64,000 nucleotides of DNA, taken from the IMG/VR virus record IMGVR_UViG_3300017991_000054. The stretch is one strand, 5' to 3'. Made by a program: the position numbers and the translations under genes. Under the pieces are notes generated by a model. It was not told the DNA's origin. It made no database searches and saw nothing but the letters and a program-made list of their open reading frames with translations. Each line of letters begins with the position of its first letter. The stretch's first letter is position 1. This stretch comes from an uncultured virus (IMG/VR IMGVR_UViG_3300017991_000054) (lineage: Duplodnaviria > Heunggongvirae > Uroviricota > Caudoviricetes). Shown here piece after piece: positions 51,980 to 61,752 of the stretch.

Positions 51980-52672
51980 ATGGCTGATTTAAGTGTATCG
52001 GAGAATAAGGATGCGAAGCTTGCGAAAAAACTAAAAAATTACGTTGCGATTGTTCTTGATCGTAGTGGTTCGATGGGAACGATGCAACAGGAAGCAATTG
52101 ATGCATTCAACGAACAGGTTGATAAGATTCGAGAAGAGTCGCATGACATGGCAACTCTTGTCTCATTTGTCACATTTGGAAGTTTTGTAACACCGGAGTT
52201 CTGGAACAATGATCCTGATAAACTGGATAAGCTGACTACGGATACATATCGTCCAGATGGTATGACCTCTATGTTAGACGCAGTTGCTATGACTGTTTTG
52301 GAATTGAAAAAGGTTCCTGATGTAGATGATGAGGATACATCTTTTCTTCTTATTGTCATTAGTGACGGGCAAGAAAATAACTCAAAACAATATGATTGGC
52401 ATGACGTAGCAGAACTACTACAAGATGTACAAAAGACGAATAGATGGACTGTAACCTATCTTGGAGCGAACCAAGATCTCTCAAGATTAGCTTCCAGCTT
52501 AAAAATCGCTAAGGGAAATGTAAAATCATTTGCTGGTACAAAAGCAGGAATGAAAACAGGATCAGCAGATATTCTCAAAGGAATGTCCGCATTTTATGCT
52601 TCCCGAAGAGTTGGAAAGAAATCACTAACGTCATTTTATGATGGAGACGATAACCAGCAAGATAGCCAGTGA
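51980..52672 (+). CDS. vWA domain protein
   Basis: MIDAS DRSGSM, T...DA, ISDGQEN.S, YLGANQD. Confidence 0.9.
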   Translation: MADLSVSENKDAKLAKKLKNYVAIVLDRSGSMGTMQQEAIDAFNEQVDKIREESHDMATLVSFVTFGSFVTPEFWNNDPDKLDKLTTDTYRPDGMTSMLDAVAMTVLELKKVPDVDDEDTSFLLIVISDGQENNSKQYDWHDVAELLQDVQKTNRWTVTYLGANQDLSRLASSLKIAKGNVKSFAGTKAGMKTGSADILKGMSAFYASRRVGKKSLTSFYDGDDNQQDSQ

Positions 52673-52689
52673 CCTGAAAGGAGGTAGCC

Positions 52690-53199
52690 ATGGACCGGGT
52701 CATTTTACTCAATAGTGACTACAGTTTCCTCAACACTATCAGTTGGCAAAAGGCTATGTGTCTCATGGCAAAAGGAAAAGTCGAGGTTGTCAAAGCCTCG
52801 AATAAAATAGTCCAAAGTGTTGAGAATGCTTGGAAATGTGTAGTACCTCAGGTAATTAGATTGATCAAATTGGTACGTACAATATATCGTTCTCGAGTAC
52901 CATTTAGCAAAAAGAATGTACTATATCGAGACGAGTTCACTTGTCAATATTGTGGAAAAACACGAGGTAAATTAACCATCGACCACGTGATACCAAAATC
53001 CAAAGGTGGTAAATCTACCTTCGAAAATTGTGTTGCTTCCTGTAAACCTTGTAATAATACAAAAGGTAATAGAACTCCACGAGAAGCAAAGATGCCACTC
53101 AGGAAACATCCTGTGCAACCAACCATTATGGAGTTTCTAAAACTTCGTATGAGAAAGTTGGGCATTGACTCCCTTCTAAAAGAACTTGGTATCTATTAA
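52690..53199 (+). CDS. HNH endonuclease
   Basis: RD.F.CQYCG...TIDHVIPKSKGG...N...C..CN..K. Confidence 0.92.
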   Translation: MDRVILLNSDYSFLNTISWQKAMCLMAKGKVEVVKASNKIVQSVENAWKCVVPQVIRLIKLVRTIYRSRVPFSKKNVLYRDEFTCQYCGKTRGKLTIDHVIPKSKGGKSTFENCVASCKPCNNTKGNRTPREAKMPLRKHPVQPTIMEFLKLRMRKLGIDSLLKELGIY

Positions 53200-53259
53200 A
53201 AGTTACGGTTTGTATATATATAAATATACAACAAGGACTTTTTGAAAGGAGGAGAACAG

Positions 53260-53823
53260 GTGAAAAACAAGGGTACATGGTTGGTGGTAATTGGACTGAT
53301 TTTGTCATTGGTGTTTATACGTCAATTTCAAATCAGTGAAATGAAAGATCGAGGTAGGATCGCCATTGAATTCTTTGAAAAAGAAGGTGTTGAAGATTAT
53401 GATAAGTATTTGATGGCGATCAACCTCAGTGATCCTGTAAGGGTCATAACCTTAAAGAAGGGTACAAGAGTCGCTCAATATCAGACTTCTAATGCACCGC
53501 AAGGGAATTATTACGCTCCGGAGAAATCAACTCCAGAAACGTTAGGTGTCAATCCCGAAGCTATTGATCCAAAAACAGGAATGAAAGAACCTCGTAAGAA
53601 ACGTGTTTATATACTAACAATTAATACACAGGTCCTTCAATCTCAAGCTTCTGGAACGTATGACACGTGGTCAGTTGAAGGTCAGAGGATCAAAGTGAGG
53701 GGAACAGGCATTCAATATTTCTCTACTTGCAAATCTTGTTTCAAGTTGGAAAAACCCACAACGTATGAAGGAGCGCTTTGGTGGAGTATTCTTCCCCCTG
53801 AAGTTGCTATGGTGATGCAATGA
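53260..53823 (+). CDS. membrane-anchored polymorphic toxin type 46 (Ntox46)-like protein
   Basis: N-terminal TM; PV.V.TLKKGT..AQYQ...PQGNYY.P...P..LG...DTWS...G.G.QYF. Confidence 0.65.
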   Translation: MKNKGTWLVVIGLILSLVFIRQFQISEMKDRGRIAIEFFEKEGVEDYDKYLMAINLSDPVRVITLKKGTRVAQYQTSNAPQGNYYAPEKSTPETLGVNPEAIDPKTGMKEPRKKRVYILTINTQVLQSQASGTYDTWSVEGQRIKVRGTGIQYFSTCKSCFKLEKPTTYEGALWWSILPPEVAMVMQ

Positions 53824-54074
53824 AAATCAAAGACCTTCAAGAGTTTAGCGACCTTGTACGAGAGGGTGGAAAAAATTGGGACGATACCAAATTTGATAGG
53901 TTTTGCGAACTGCGAGATATCGCAAAGAATGATGGTCTTATAAAAACATGGACCGAAGGTGATAGCGAGATCACATTTCATAAATTCAAATGGTCGCAAG
54001 GTGCGTATACATTTGCTGCAATTCATGGTATTTACCTAGCAGACCTAGCTGATCCAGAAGAGGATGACAACTAA

Positions 54075-54165
54075 AGCGGGGTATGCTAACTGGCTAAGCA
54101 ACCTGATTTGAAATCAGGCGTAGGTGTCAAAGCCGATCGGGGTTCGAGTCCCTGTCCCGCCGCCA
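54075..54165 (+). tRNA. tRNA-Ser(TGA)
   Basis: CCTGA-TT TGA AA-TCAGG; long variable arm; GCCA end. Confidence 0.9.
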
Positions 54166-54566
54166 TTTTTATTCATAGGTGAATAATGAAGGTTAAATTG
54201 ACTAATGTGAAAACTGGAAAAGTGAAGACCTTTGATCCTGATACTGATCGATTAATCTTTAGTGCGACAAGTAAAGATCCTATAAGAATACTTGTATGGG
54301 ACGAATATTCAATTGAGGTCATGGATGGAAAGGTAACCAGAGAAGAACGAATGGAGAACGTAACATTATGAAACGAGAGACGAAAGAACAACTCTTAATC
54401 CGGCGAGTCTTCAAGGTTATAGCGGAACATTTTTTTAACGACCATAAAATGATCGAGTGTTATTGCGGCGATGTTAGTTTTCCAAGACAACTTGGCGACG
54501 ACATCACAGAATATGTCAAGAAAAACAATCCTGGTTATTTTCGAAAAAAAGAAAAAGAATTTAAAC

Positions 54567-54654
54567 GGTGAGGTGGCCGAGGTGGTCAAGGCACTGTCTT
54601 GGAAAGGCAGCGGGTGTCAAAGCCCTGCAGGTTCGAACCCTGTCCTCACCGCCA
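54567..54654 (+). tRNA. tRNA-Ser(GGA)
   Basis: CTGTC-TT GGA AA-GGCAG; long variable arm; GCCA end. Confidence 0.92.
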
Positions 54655-54659
54655 TTTAC

Positions 54660-54756
54660 GCCGTAGTGGTGTATCGGATGCACGCCGGAGGCGTCAGGTG
54701 ACGACCTGTTGTGAGTCCCGGAGGAATCGCGGGTTCAACCCCCGTCTACGGCTCCA
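54660..54756 (+). ncRNA. tRNA-like RNA with extended (37-nt) anticodon arm
   Basis: acceptor GCCGTAG/CTACGGC + T-CCA; D arm GTGT/GCAC; T arm GCGGG-TTCAACC-CCCGT; no 7-nt anticodon loop. Confidence 0.75.
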
Positions 54757-54937
54757 ATAGAAAGGAGAAAATTATTGACATATACAAAGGATGGTTCATG
54801 TCCATTTTGTAATAAACGATTACCAATTTGGATTCGAGAAACTGATAATGGAGAAATTGAATGCTACTGTGAAGATTGTAAACGGACCTTTATTGATAGC
54901 CTAAAGGATGACGGTTCTCCAAGAAAGAAGAAAGAAA

Positions 54938-55528
54938 ATGCAGCTTGATAATATAGCTCTATTTGATATGGATGATACCATTGTTGATTTTGACATTGGA
55001 ATGCTTCGAGAATTGCAAAAGATGGCAGCACCAGGAGAATTTTGTGGGCACTCCCATTACAGTAAAGATGACCCACTACACATCAGAGCAAGAAAACATT
55101 CAATTATGCGCCAAGTTGGATGGTGGAGAAATCTTCCAAGAAAACGAATAGGTTTTCAAATCATGGAAATTGCTTCCGCAATGGGATTTGAAATTCATAT
55201 TCTAACAAAAGGTCCGTCAACAAAACCACATGTATGGACTGAAAAGATTGAGTGGTGTAAAGAACATCTTGGAGATACTCCTGTCACAATTACTCAGGAT
55301 AAAGGTCTCGTGTACGGAAAAGTCTTAGTGGATGATTATCCCGCCTACATTGAGAGATGGTTAAAGTGGCGTCCTCGTGGATTAGTTGTGATGCCAGATA
55401 CTGTTCATAATAGACATTTTGATCACCCAAACGTTGTTCGAGCAACAGGTGAGAATTTTGACATTGTTGAAGCAGCAATGACTTTAGCTGCTAAAAGACC
55501 ACCAGGGGAAAGGAGAATTTTTAAGTGA
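54938..55528 (+). CDS. HAD-family 5'(3')-deoxyribonucleotidase
   Basis: FDMDDT, ILT, EK.EW...H, K..V.G.VLVDD. Confidence 0.85.
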   Translation: MQLDNIALFDMDDTIVDFDIGMLRELQKMAAPGEFCGHSHYSKDDPLHIRARKHSIMRQVGWWRNLPRKRIGFQIMEIASAMGFEIHILTKGPSTKPHVWTEKIEWCKEHLGDTPVTITQDKGLVYGKVLVDDYPAYIERWLKWRPRGLVVMPDTVHNRHFDHPNVVRATGENFDIVEAAMTLAAKRPPGERRIFK

Positions 55529-56286
55529 AGTACTATTTTGTGAAACTCGAAAAAGATTGGGCGGATGAATTTGACGTAAAAAGTCTTTCTGTTATTTCTG
55601 AGAAAGATTGGAAACAATTTCAAGAAGATATTAACAAGTATGATGGGTATCCAATTGAATGTTATTTTGGGACCAACGAAGCATTACTCTTTGAGAGCGA
55701 ACAAGATATTATGCACAGCTTATCTCCAGTTGAAGTATCTGAATCCGAGGCTGAACTTTTAAAGAAGGTTATGAAGGGAAAGAGTTTTGGGCAGGTAGAT
55801 GTATTTGATGTCTGGGATCATACTAGAGGCGCTTATGGATAAAGGAAACCTTTTTCAAACATAAGAACATAATACAAACCTTAAACTTGAAAGGAGGGTA
55901 TTATGTTACCTTTAATCCCTGCAATGATTTTAACAAGTGCTGGTTTTCTCGCGATTTCTCCAACGCTGAGAAAAGAAACAATGGACTTTGGGAGAAGTGC
56001 TGTAAAGAGATGTGGTAAAGCATTAGACGCTTTATTTGATGATCCAAATGACGAGGTAAAAGATCCTACCGATGAAAAAACGGATCCAACTGATGTCTAG
56101 GAGTTCACATGAGATTGTTTATAGGTTTAGCAATTGCTTTTGTAGTCCTATACTTGGCTGCAGGATTTTTCTTGAGTTATGCTCTTGAAGGTATTGCATC
56201 CAGACAACCAACTTTTCCCGAGAGAATACAATTTGCTTTTACTTGGGGTTGGGATTTTGTTATTAGTAGATTAATCAATAAATAAT

Positions 56287-56650
<364 letters not shown>

Positions 56651-56652
56651 TT

Positions 56653-56677
56653 AAATCAGTCGTGCGACTGATTTTTT
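56653..56677 (+). terminator. intrinsic terminator after ssrA
   Basis: AAATCAGTC/GACTGATTT stem plus T run. Confidence 0.8.
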
Positions 56678-56718
56678 GTACAAAAATTATAGTAGGAAGG
56701 GTAAGTGTTGTTTGAAAA

Positions 56719-57288
56719 ATGCCACACGCGAATGTACCGGATGAAGTTGAAGAGTTAAAAGAAACGTTGTATCAAATGTTGACCGTAGACCCAAATGACG
56801 AGAGGGATGTAAAGATCGGTCAAAAAATGGACGTTGCTTTATCACCGACAATCAAAAGAGATGGTGTGAATATTATCCAGTTGCAAAATGTTGACAACCG
56901 GATTACAACAAATGTAGTAGAAGCCCTGAAGATAACAGATCGACTTCAATCAACTTTGATGACCGGAACTAGACGTCTCAAACCTAGCATTGAAAAAGAT
57001 CTAAAACAACAAATTGAAACTCTCGAACAACAGATTTCTCGACATAATGGAGATGATGTAATTGACATTACTCCAAAACAAATTGAACATAAAGACCCAA
57101 TCAAAGATATTGTATCAGGATTCTTTAATGATGGAACAACTATGCGAGAGTTTTTAAATGAAATGAAAAAGGAGTATGTGAAATATGCTCTTGACGTCTC
57201 GAGTAGTGATAAAGAAGCAGCTGAAAAACTAGATCTTCAACCTACTTCATTACCAGGGTTGAAGAAGAGATTAGACTTAATTGGTTGA
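56719..57288 (+). CDS. protein with C-terminal Fis-type helix-turn-helix
   Basis: FLNEMKKEYVKYAL......EAAEKLDL..TSL. Confidence 0.65.
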   Translation: MPHANVPDEVEELKETLYQMLTVDPNDERDVKIGQKMDVALSPTIKRDGVNIIQLQNVDNRITTNVVEALKITDRLQSTLMTGTRRLKPSIEKDLKQQIETLEQQISRHNGDDVIDITPKQIEHKDPIKDIVSGFFNDGTTMREFLNEMKKEYVKYALDVSSSDKEAAEKLDLQPTSLPGLKKRLDLIG

Positions 57289-57368
57289 GTGGCGGAATAG
57301 GTATACGCGCAACGTTGAGGGCGTTGTGAGCTAAGCTCATGTGGGTTCGACTCCCACCTCAACCACCA
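57283..57368 (+). tRNA. tRNA-Leu(GAG)
   Basis: CAACG-TT GAG GG-CGTTG; long variable arm; ACCA end. Confidence 0.92.
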
Positions 57369-57959
57369 AAATAGAATAGGAGAATATGTGAAATGTATGA
57401 CACAGATGGAATGAGTGATAGACCAATGGGTGAAAGTATGAAACCTTGTAAACCTGATTATGAAGCAATGGCTGCAACATCAAAACAAAATCTTGATGTT
57501 GTAAAAAATTTTAGAGCTTCATTGATAGATTTTATCAGTGTGATTGGTCGACATAGTATGCGGAGACGGGAACCTTCTTCTCTTCCAGAACTCTTAGGAA
57601 CTGTAGAACTGGATATTATTTCAAGAGAAAGAGAGGTTGAAAATTTACTCAAACAAATTGAGGAATAGAAGACCTATGGGACGGTTACGAAAAGGAAGAA
57701 AAGTAATCGAATTATTCCCAAGAGATGAGCAAGAATTCCATCAATTTTTGGATATGCTCAGAGACACTTACGACGAAAACAGACTGAAAAACTTTATTTG
57801 TATTTATGATTACGAATTCAAAGAAGATGATGAACGAGTAGAGAGCTACGCAAGTGGTATTGACACTCATTGGTTTGGGGATAAATCAACAATTTATATT
57901 CTTGGACTAATTGAAATGATTAAGCAAGAAGTAATGGATTGGTTAGATAACAACAATTA

Positions 57960-58048
57960 GGGCGAGTGGCGAAATCTAGGTAGACGCACGGGACTTAAAA
58001 TCCCGCGAGCTTAAGCTCATGGGGGTTCGACTCCCCTCTTGCCCACCA
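57960..58048 (+). tRNA. tRNA-Leu(TAA)
   Basis: CGGGA-CT TAA AA-TCCCG; ACCA end. Confidence 0.92.
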
Positions 58049-58055
58049 AAATAAT

Positions 58056-58142
58056 GCCCGAGTGGCGGAACTGGTAGACGCGCTAGACTTAGGATCTAGT
58101 GACCGTAAGGTCATGGGGGTTCGACACCCTCCTCGGGTACCA
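58056..58142 (+). tRNA. tRNA-Leu(TAG)
   Basis: CTAGA-CT TAG GA-TCTAG; ACCA end. Confidence 0.92.
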
Positions 58143-58146
58143 ATTT

Positions 58147-58246
58147 TATAATGGGTGTTTTATTCACCATTAACCTATGATTTTATCTATAATGGGGTAT
58201 ATACTCCCCATTAACCGAGTTAAGGGGTGTTATACTCCCCATTACG
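58147..58246. repeat. three imperfect palindromic repeats of ~24-29 bp
   Basis: TATAATGGGTGTTTTATTCACCATTAACC; TATAATGGGGTATATACTCCCCATTAACC; TAAGGGGTGTTATACTCCCCATTA. Confidence 0.8.
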
Positions 58247-58258
58247 AAAGGAGTGTAT

Positions 58259-58585
58259 ATGAAAAAAGAACATCTTTTTTCTGTTACAAAGAAAGATATT
58301 GAAATTACATATTACTCAGGTAGAGGTGCTGGTGGTCAGCATCGTAATAGGCACAAAAACTGAGTAAGGATGAGACACCCAGAATCAGGGGTAATGGTCA
58401 CTGGGTGTGATCACAAAAGTCTTACACAAAATAAAAGAGCTGCATTTTTACGTTTAGCAAACCATCCAAAGTTCATACAATGGGCGAAAATAAAAGCATC
58501 TGGTGTCTCATTAGAATTGGATAAAATTCAAGAGAAAGTAGATAACTGGATGAGACCAGAGTTCATAAAAGTTGAATATTTTTAA
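58259..58585 (+). CDS. GGQ peptidyl-tRNA hydrolase / release-factor-like protein with in-frame TGA at codon 35 (recoded or pseudogene)
   Basis: AGGAG SD; MKKEHLFSVTKKDIEITYYSGRGAGGQHRNRHKN*VRMRHPESG...QNKRAAFLRL, TGA at 58361-58363. Confidence 0.8.
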
Positions 58586-58987
58586 GGGGTAGTTATGGAC
58601 CTTGAATTAGAAAAGAAGTTATTTGAAAAATACCCAAAAATCTTTGCTCAAAAAGATGAGTCAATGCAACGAACCGCAATGTGCTGGGGAATTGAGTGCG
58701 GAAATGGGTGGTATTGGTTAATTGATAATTTGTGTGACAGTATTCAATTTCATATCGACCATAACAAAGCACTTCAACTAGAAGCAACTCAAGTCAAAGA
58801 AAAATTTGGAAGTCTTAGTTTTTATAGTATTGGTGGTGATGAACTTATACGAGGAATGATTTGGTTCGCTCAAAGTTTATCACGAAAAATATGTGAAAAC
58901 TGTGGAACAACCAAAGACGTAAAATCTACTAAAGGATGGATTCATAATCTCTGTCCATCATGTACAGAGGAATATTTACAAAGTAAA

Positions 58988-59073
58988 GGCTAAGTGGTGG
59001 AATTGGTATACACGCTAGTCTCAAAAACTAGTGCTTTCAGAGCATGTGGGTTCGACTCCCACCTTAGCCACCA
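58988..59073 (+). tRNA. tRNA-Leu(CAA)
   Basis: CTAGT-CT CAA AA-ACTAG; ACCA end. Confidence 0.92.
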
Positions 59074-59288
59074 CTTCGGGAGGACAACATGATAAATTTT
59101 TTGTTTGGACTTGGTGCAGGTATTGTAGCAGCATCGGTTATTTGGTATTTCGTTTTGAGAAACAATAGAAATAAACTCGCTCAATTCATTGATGTTCCAG
59201 AAGCAATGTGGGAAAAGGTAAAACAAGAAGTAGATGAATTCGATGACGATGTGAAAGATAAACTCCAAAATTTATTCAATAAGAAATA

Positions 59289-59373
59289 GGCGGGGACACC
59301 AATGGTGGTAACGAGCCTCGAAAACTCGGGCGTGTAGACAGCGTAGTCGGTTCGATTCCGGCTCCCGCCGCCA
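59289..59373 (+). tRNA. tRNA-Ser(CGA), atypical D arm
   Basis: GGCGGGG/TCCCGCC acceptor; CT CGA AA loop; long variable arm; GCCA end. Confidence 0.75.
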
Positions 59374-60166
59374 CAGGGTGAATTATGTTTACGATATCGA
59401 GATGGAAGAAGTGGCAAAAAGAATGGTTTCATGTTGCTGTTATAGTTGATAATGTAAAAACTACTACATTTATCAATGGAAAGCTACGGTTTATTCATTA
59501 TGGATAAGAAAGACGAGTTGTATGATATAGCTTTTGAATTGGAAAGATTTGCCTCCGAAGGTTTAAAAGGATGGGCATCAAAAGAACTCAAGAAACTCGT
59601 TGATCGAATAAGAGAGGTAGCAAAAAATGTCGATTGATTGGAACCAAGCTTGTGGAATTTTTTTGTCTGTTGGTTGGGTAATCTTTGTAGGAATCCCGTA
59701 TATGAAAAGAGACTGGCGTGAAAGAAAAAAATAAAATTAGAGCACTATTTGGTCTTGGTGTTGCTGGCGCTCTCATTGCTGGCCTCATGTTTTATATGGC
59801 GCTTGTGGCAGGCGTTGAAGTATCAGTACAAAACGTAAAGAAAAGTGTACAGGTGAATAAAATGACAAGAGTGAATGTTGTGTTAAATGTTTATGAAGGT
59901 GATAGTATGGGTCCGGGTTATGAAGAATATATTTGTAGCTTTGAGAGACATACTTTACTTGTTATTGAACCAGTTATGCACATGATCCTTGACTTTGATG
60001 GTTACGGATTTGAGGTACGTGCAATTATTCAAAATGTAAACGAAGGACTTTTAACTGTTCAGGACAAATTTGTAATTAGTCCATCAGACGATGTTGAAGA
60101 CAAAGTTAAATTTCTTCAAACAAAACTTGGGTCTGAGTGGAAAAAAGTAGATAAGGGTTTATAATT

Positions 60167-60717
60167 TTTGGGACTCGCGGTCGATTAATTTTAGTACTAG
60201 GAGGTACTTAAATGAAAGATCTAGTTAAGATGACCGACTCGTTGACGGGTGGTTTTCCGGACTGGGATCGTTTCGACAAATTCTTCGACCGATTCGCAGA
60301 CAACTTCACGGAGAACTTTTTTACTAACTTTCCAACTTCTGTTGGACAACCAAAGGCCTCATTCCCAAAGATCAATGCTTGGGAAGATGAATCGAGTTAT
60401 CATGTAGAGGCCGCTCTGGCGGGGTTTGACAAAGATGACGTCGAACTCGAATTTAAGGACAACTCTCTTTATCTCAAGGTTGAAAAACAAAAAGATGAAG
60501 GGAAGCCAGGTAAATACACCATTCGAGAAATCTCATATAGGTCAGCAAGTAGAGGTATTCAATTTGCTAAACCTGTAGACGTCAATAAGATTTCTTCAAC
60601 ATTTAAAAATGGTGTATTGAAAGTGGATCTCGGGAAAGAAGATATTCCTGAGAAACCAGACTCCGTTAAAATTGACATTAAATAATAACCTTTAATAGCT
60701 CGACTGCGAGTCCCAAA
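60167..60717. repeat. inverted-repeat arms 60167-60184 and 60700-60717 enclosing the Hsp20 gene
   Basis: TTTGGGACTCGCGGTCGA vs TCGACTGCGAGTCCCAAA: 17 Watson-Crick pairs plus one G-U on the + strand. Confidence 0.9.
60212..60685 (+). CDS. small heat-shock protein (Hsp20/alpha-crystallin)
   Basis: FP.IN..E...Y.VE..LAGF.K.DV, REI.YRS..R, F.NGVL.V. Confidence 0.92.
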   Translation: MKDLVKMTDSLTGGFPDWDRFDKFFDRFADNFTENFFTNFPTSVGQPKASFPKINAWEDESSYHVEAALAGFDKDDVELEFKDNSLYLKVEKQKDEGKPGKYTIREISYRSASRGIQFAKPVDVNKISSTFKNGVLKVDLGKEDIPEKPDSVKIDIK

Positions 60718-60973
60718 TTCACGATACAAACCGACTTCTAGTTTCATAAAAGTCTAGAACATATTATAAATAATTCTTTTGGGGGTAAAAATGAATTCTG
60801 TATTTTTTCATTTTGAGCATTATAACTTCGCCCCTAGTTCCTCCGGTTATCCAACTGAACCGGATATTATGGAACCATCACGCCAAGAAGGATCTCTTTT
60901 GTAATTCACATAGACTTCCTTCTTGAGCAAGAGGGAAGTTTAAAACTCCCCTCTGTAGTAATAAATCCAAAAC

Positions 60974-61051
60974 GGCCTGTTAGTGTTAATAGGTAGAACA
61001 CGACGCCCTGTCACGGCGTTACTGCCGGTTCGAGTCCGGTACAGGCCGCCA
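60974..61051 (+). tRNA. tRNA-Asp(GTC)
   Basis: ACGCC-CT GTC AC-GGCGT; GCCA end. Confidence 0.92.
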
Positions 61052-61294
61052 TTATCAAAAAGGATTGTAGTGATGAGCATTCCCCTATGGATGCAGCACT
61101 ATATTAACCCGCTGCATGTTTATTGCCGACTTATTGACATTGGATTAAGTAGGGAGAACGCGCTGAAAATAACTTGTCTTTACGAAAAAACCATATATAA
61201 TTTTATTGGTAATAATTTCAATCATCGAAGTTTGAATCTAACTAGGGAAGAATGTCGGGAAGTTCTCTCTAAAAATTATTGTGATAATAACTAT

Positions 61295-61380
61295 GGCGAG
61301 GTGGAGTAATGGTATCTCAATGGTTTGCTACACCATCCAGGTTCACCCCTGTGCAGGTTCGAATCCTGTCCTCGCCGCCA
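61295..61380 (+). tRNA. tRNA-Ser(GCT)
   Basis: ATGGT-TT GCT AC-ACCAT; long variable arm; GCCA end. Confidence 0.88.
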
Positions 61381-61673
61381 CGGAGTTAATATGCCAAAAA
61401 TTTCTGATATAGTTAAAGACCCGGAGTGGCAAAAAGTCAGGAAAAGTCTTCTGGGTCAATGGAGTAAGCGACCTGACTGGTGTTGCGCACAACTCCGAAA
61501 ATATCTAGGTACGATAAATAAGACGAGTAACGATAAAATAAGAATCGTAATGAATTATGCTACAGGAACAGGGTTTAGAACCGGAAAGATTAAACCACCT
61601 TGTATAGTAAAATTAAGAACTCAGCTATCAGCTGAAATAAAGAAAAGAAAAGCGAAAAAGAGTTGGTAATTAA

Positions 61674-61749
61674 CGCGGCGTGCATGTAATGGTAACAGGC
61701 GAGGTTCATATCCTCGTAATTGGGAGTTCGATTCTCCCCGCCGCTACCA
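61674..61749 (+). tRNA. tRNA-Met(CAT), initiator-like
   Basis: CGAGG-TT CAT AT-CCTCG; unpaired C1-U72; ACCA end. Confidence 0.85.
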
Positions 61750-61752
61750 AAT

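Noticed and set aside
54075..54165. tRNA-Sec or opal suppressor
   Set aside because: Anticodon is TGA (reads TCA, Ser), not TCA; arms are of ordinary Ser type.
58147..58246. mini CRISPR array linked to the Cas4-like gene
   Set aside because: Repeats are degenerate, spacers far too short and unequal, and no cas1/cas2 or effector genes are in the window.
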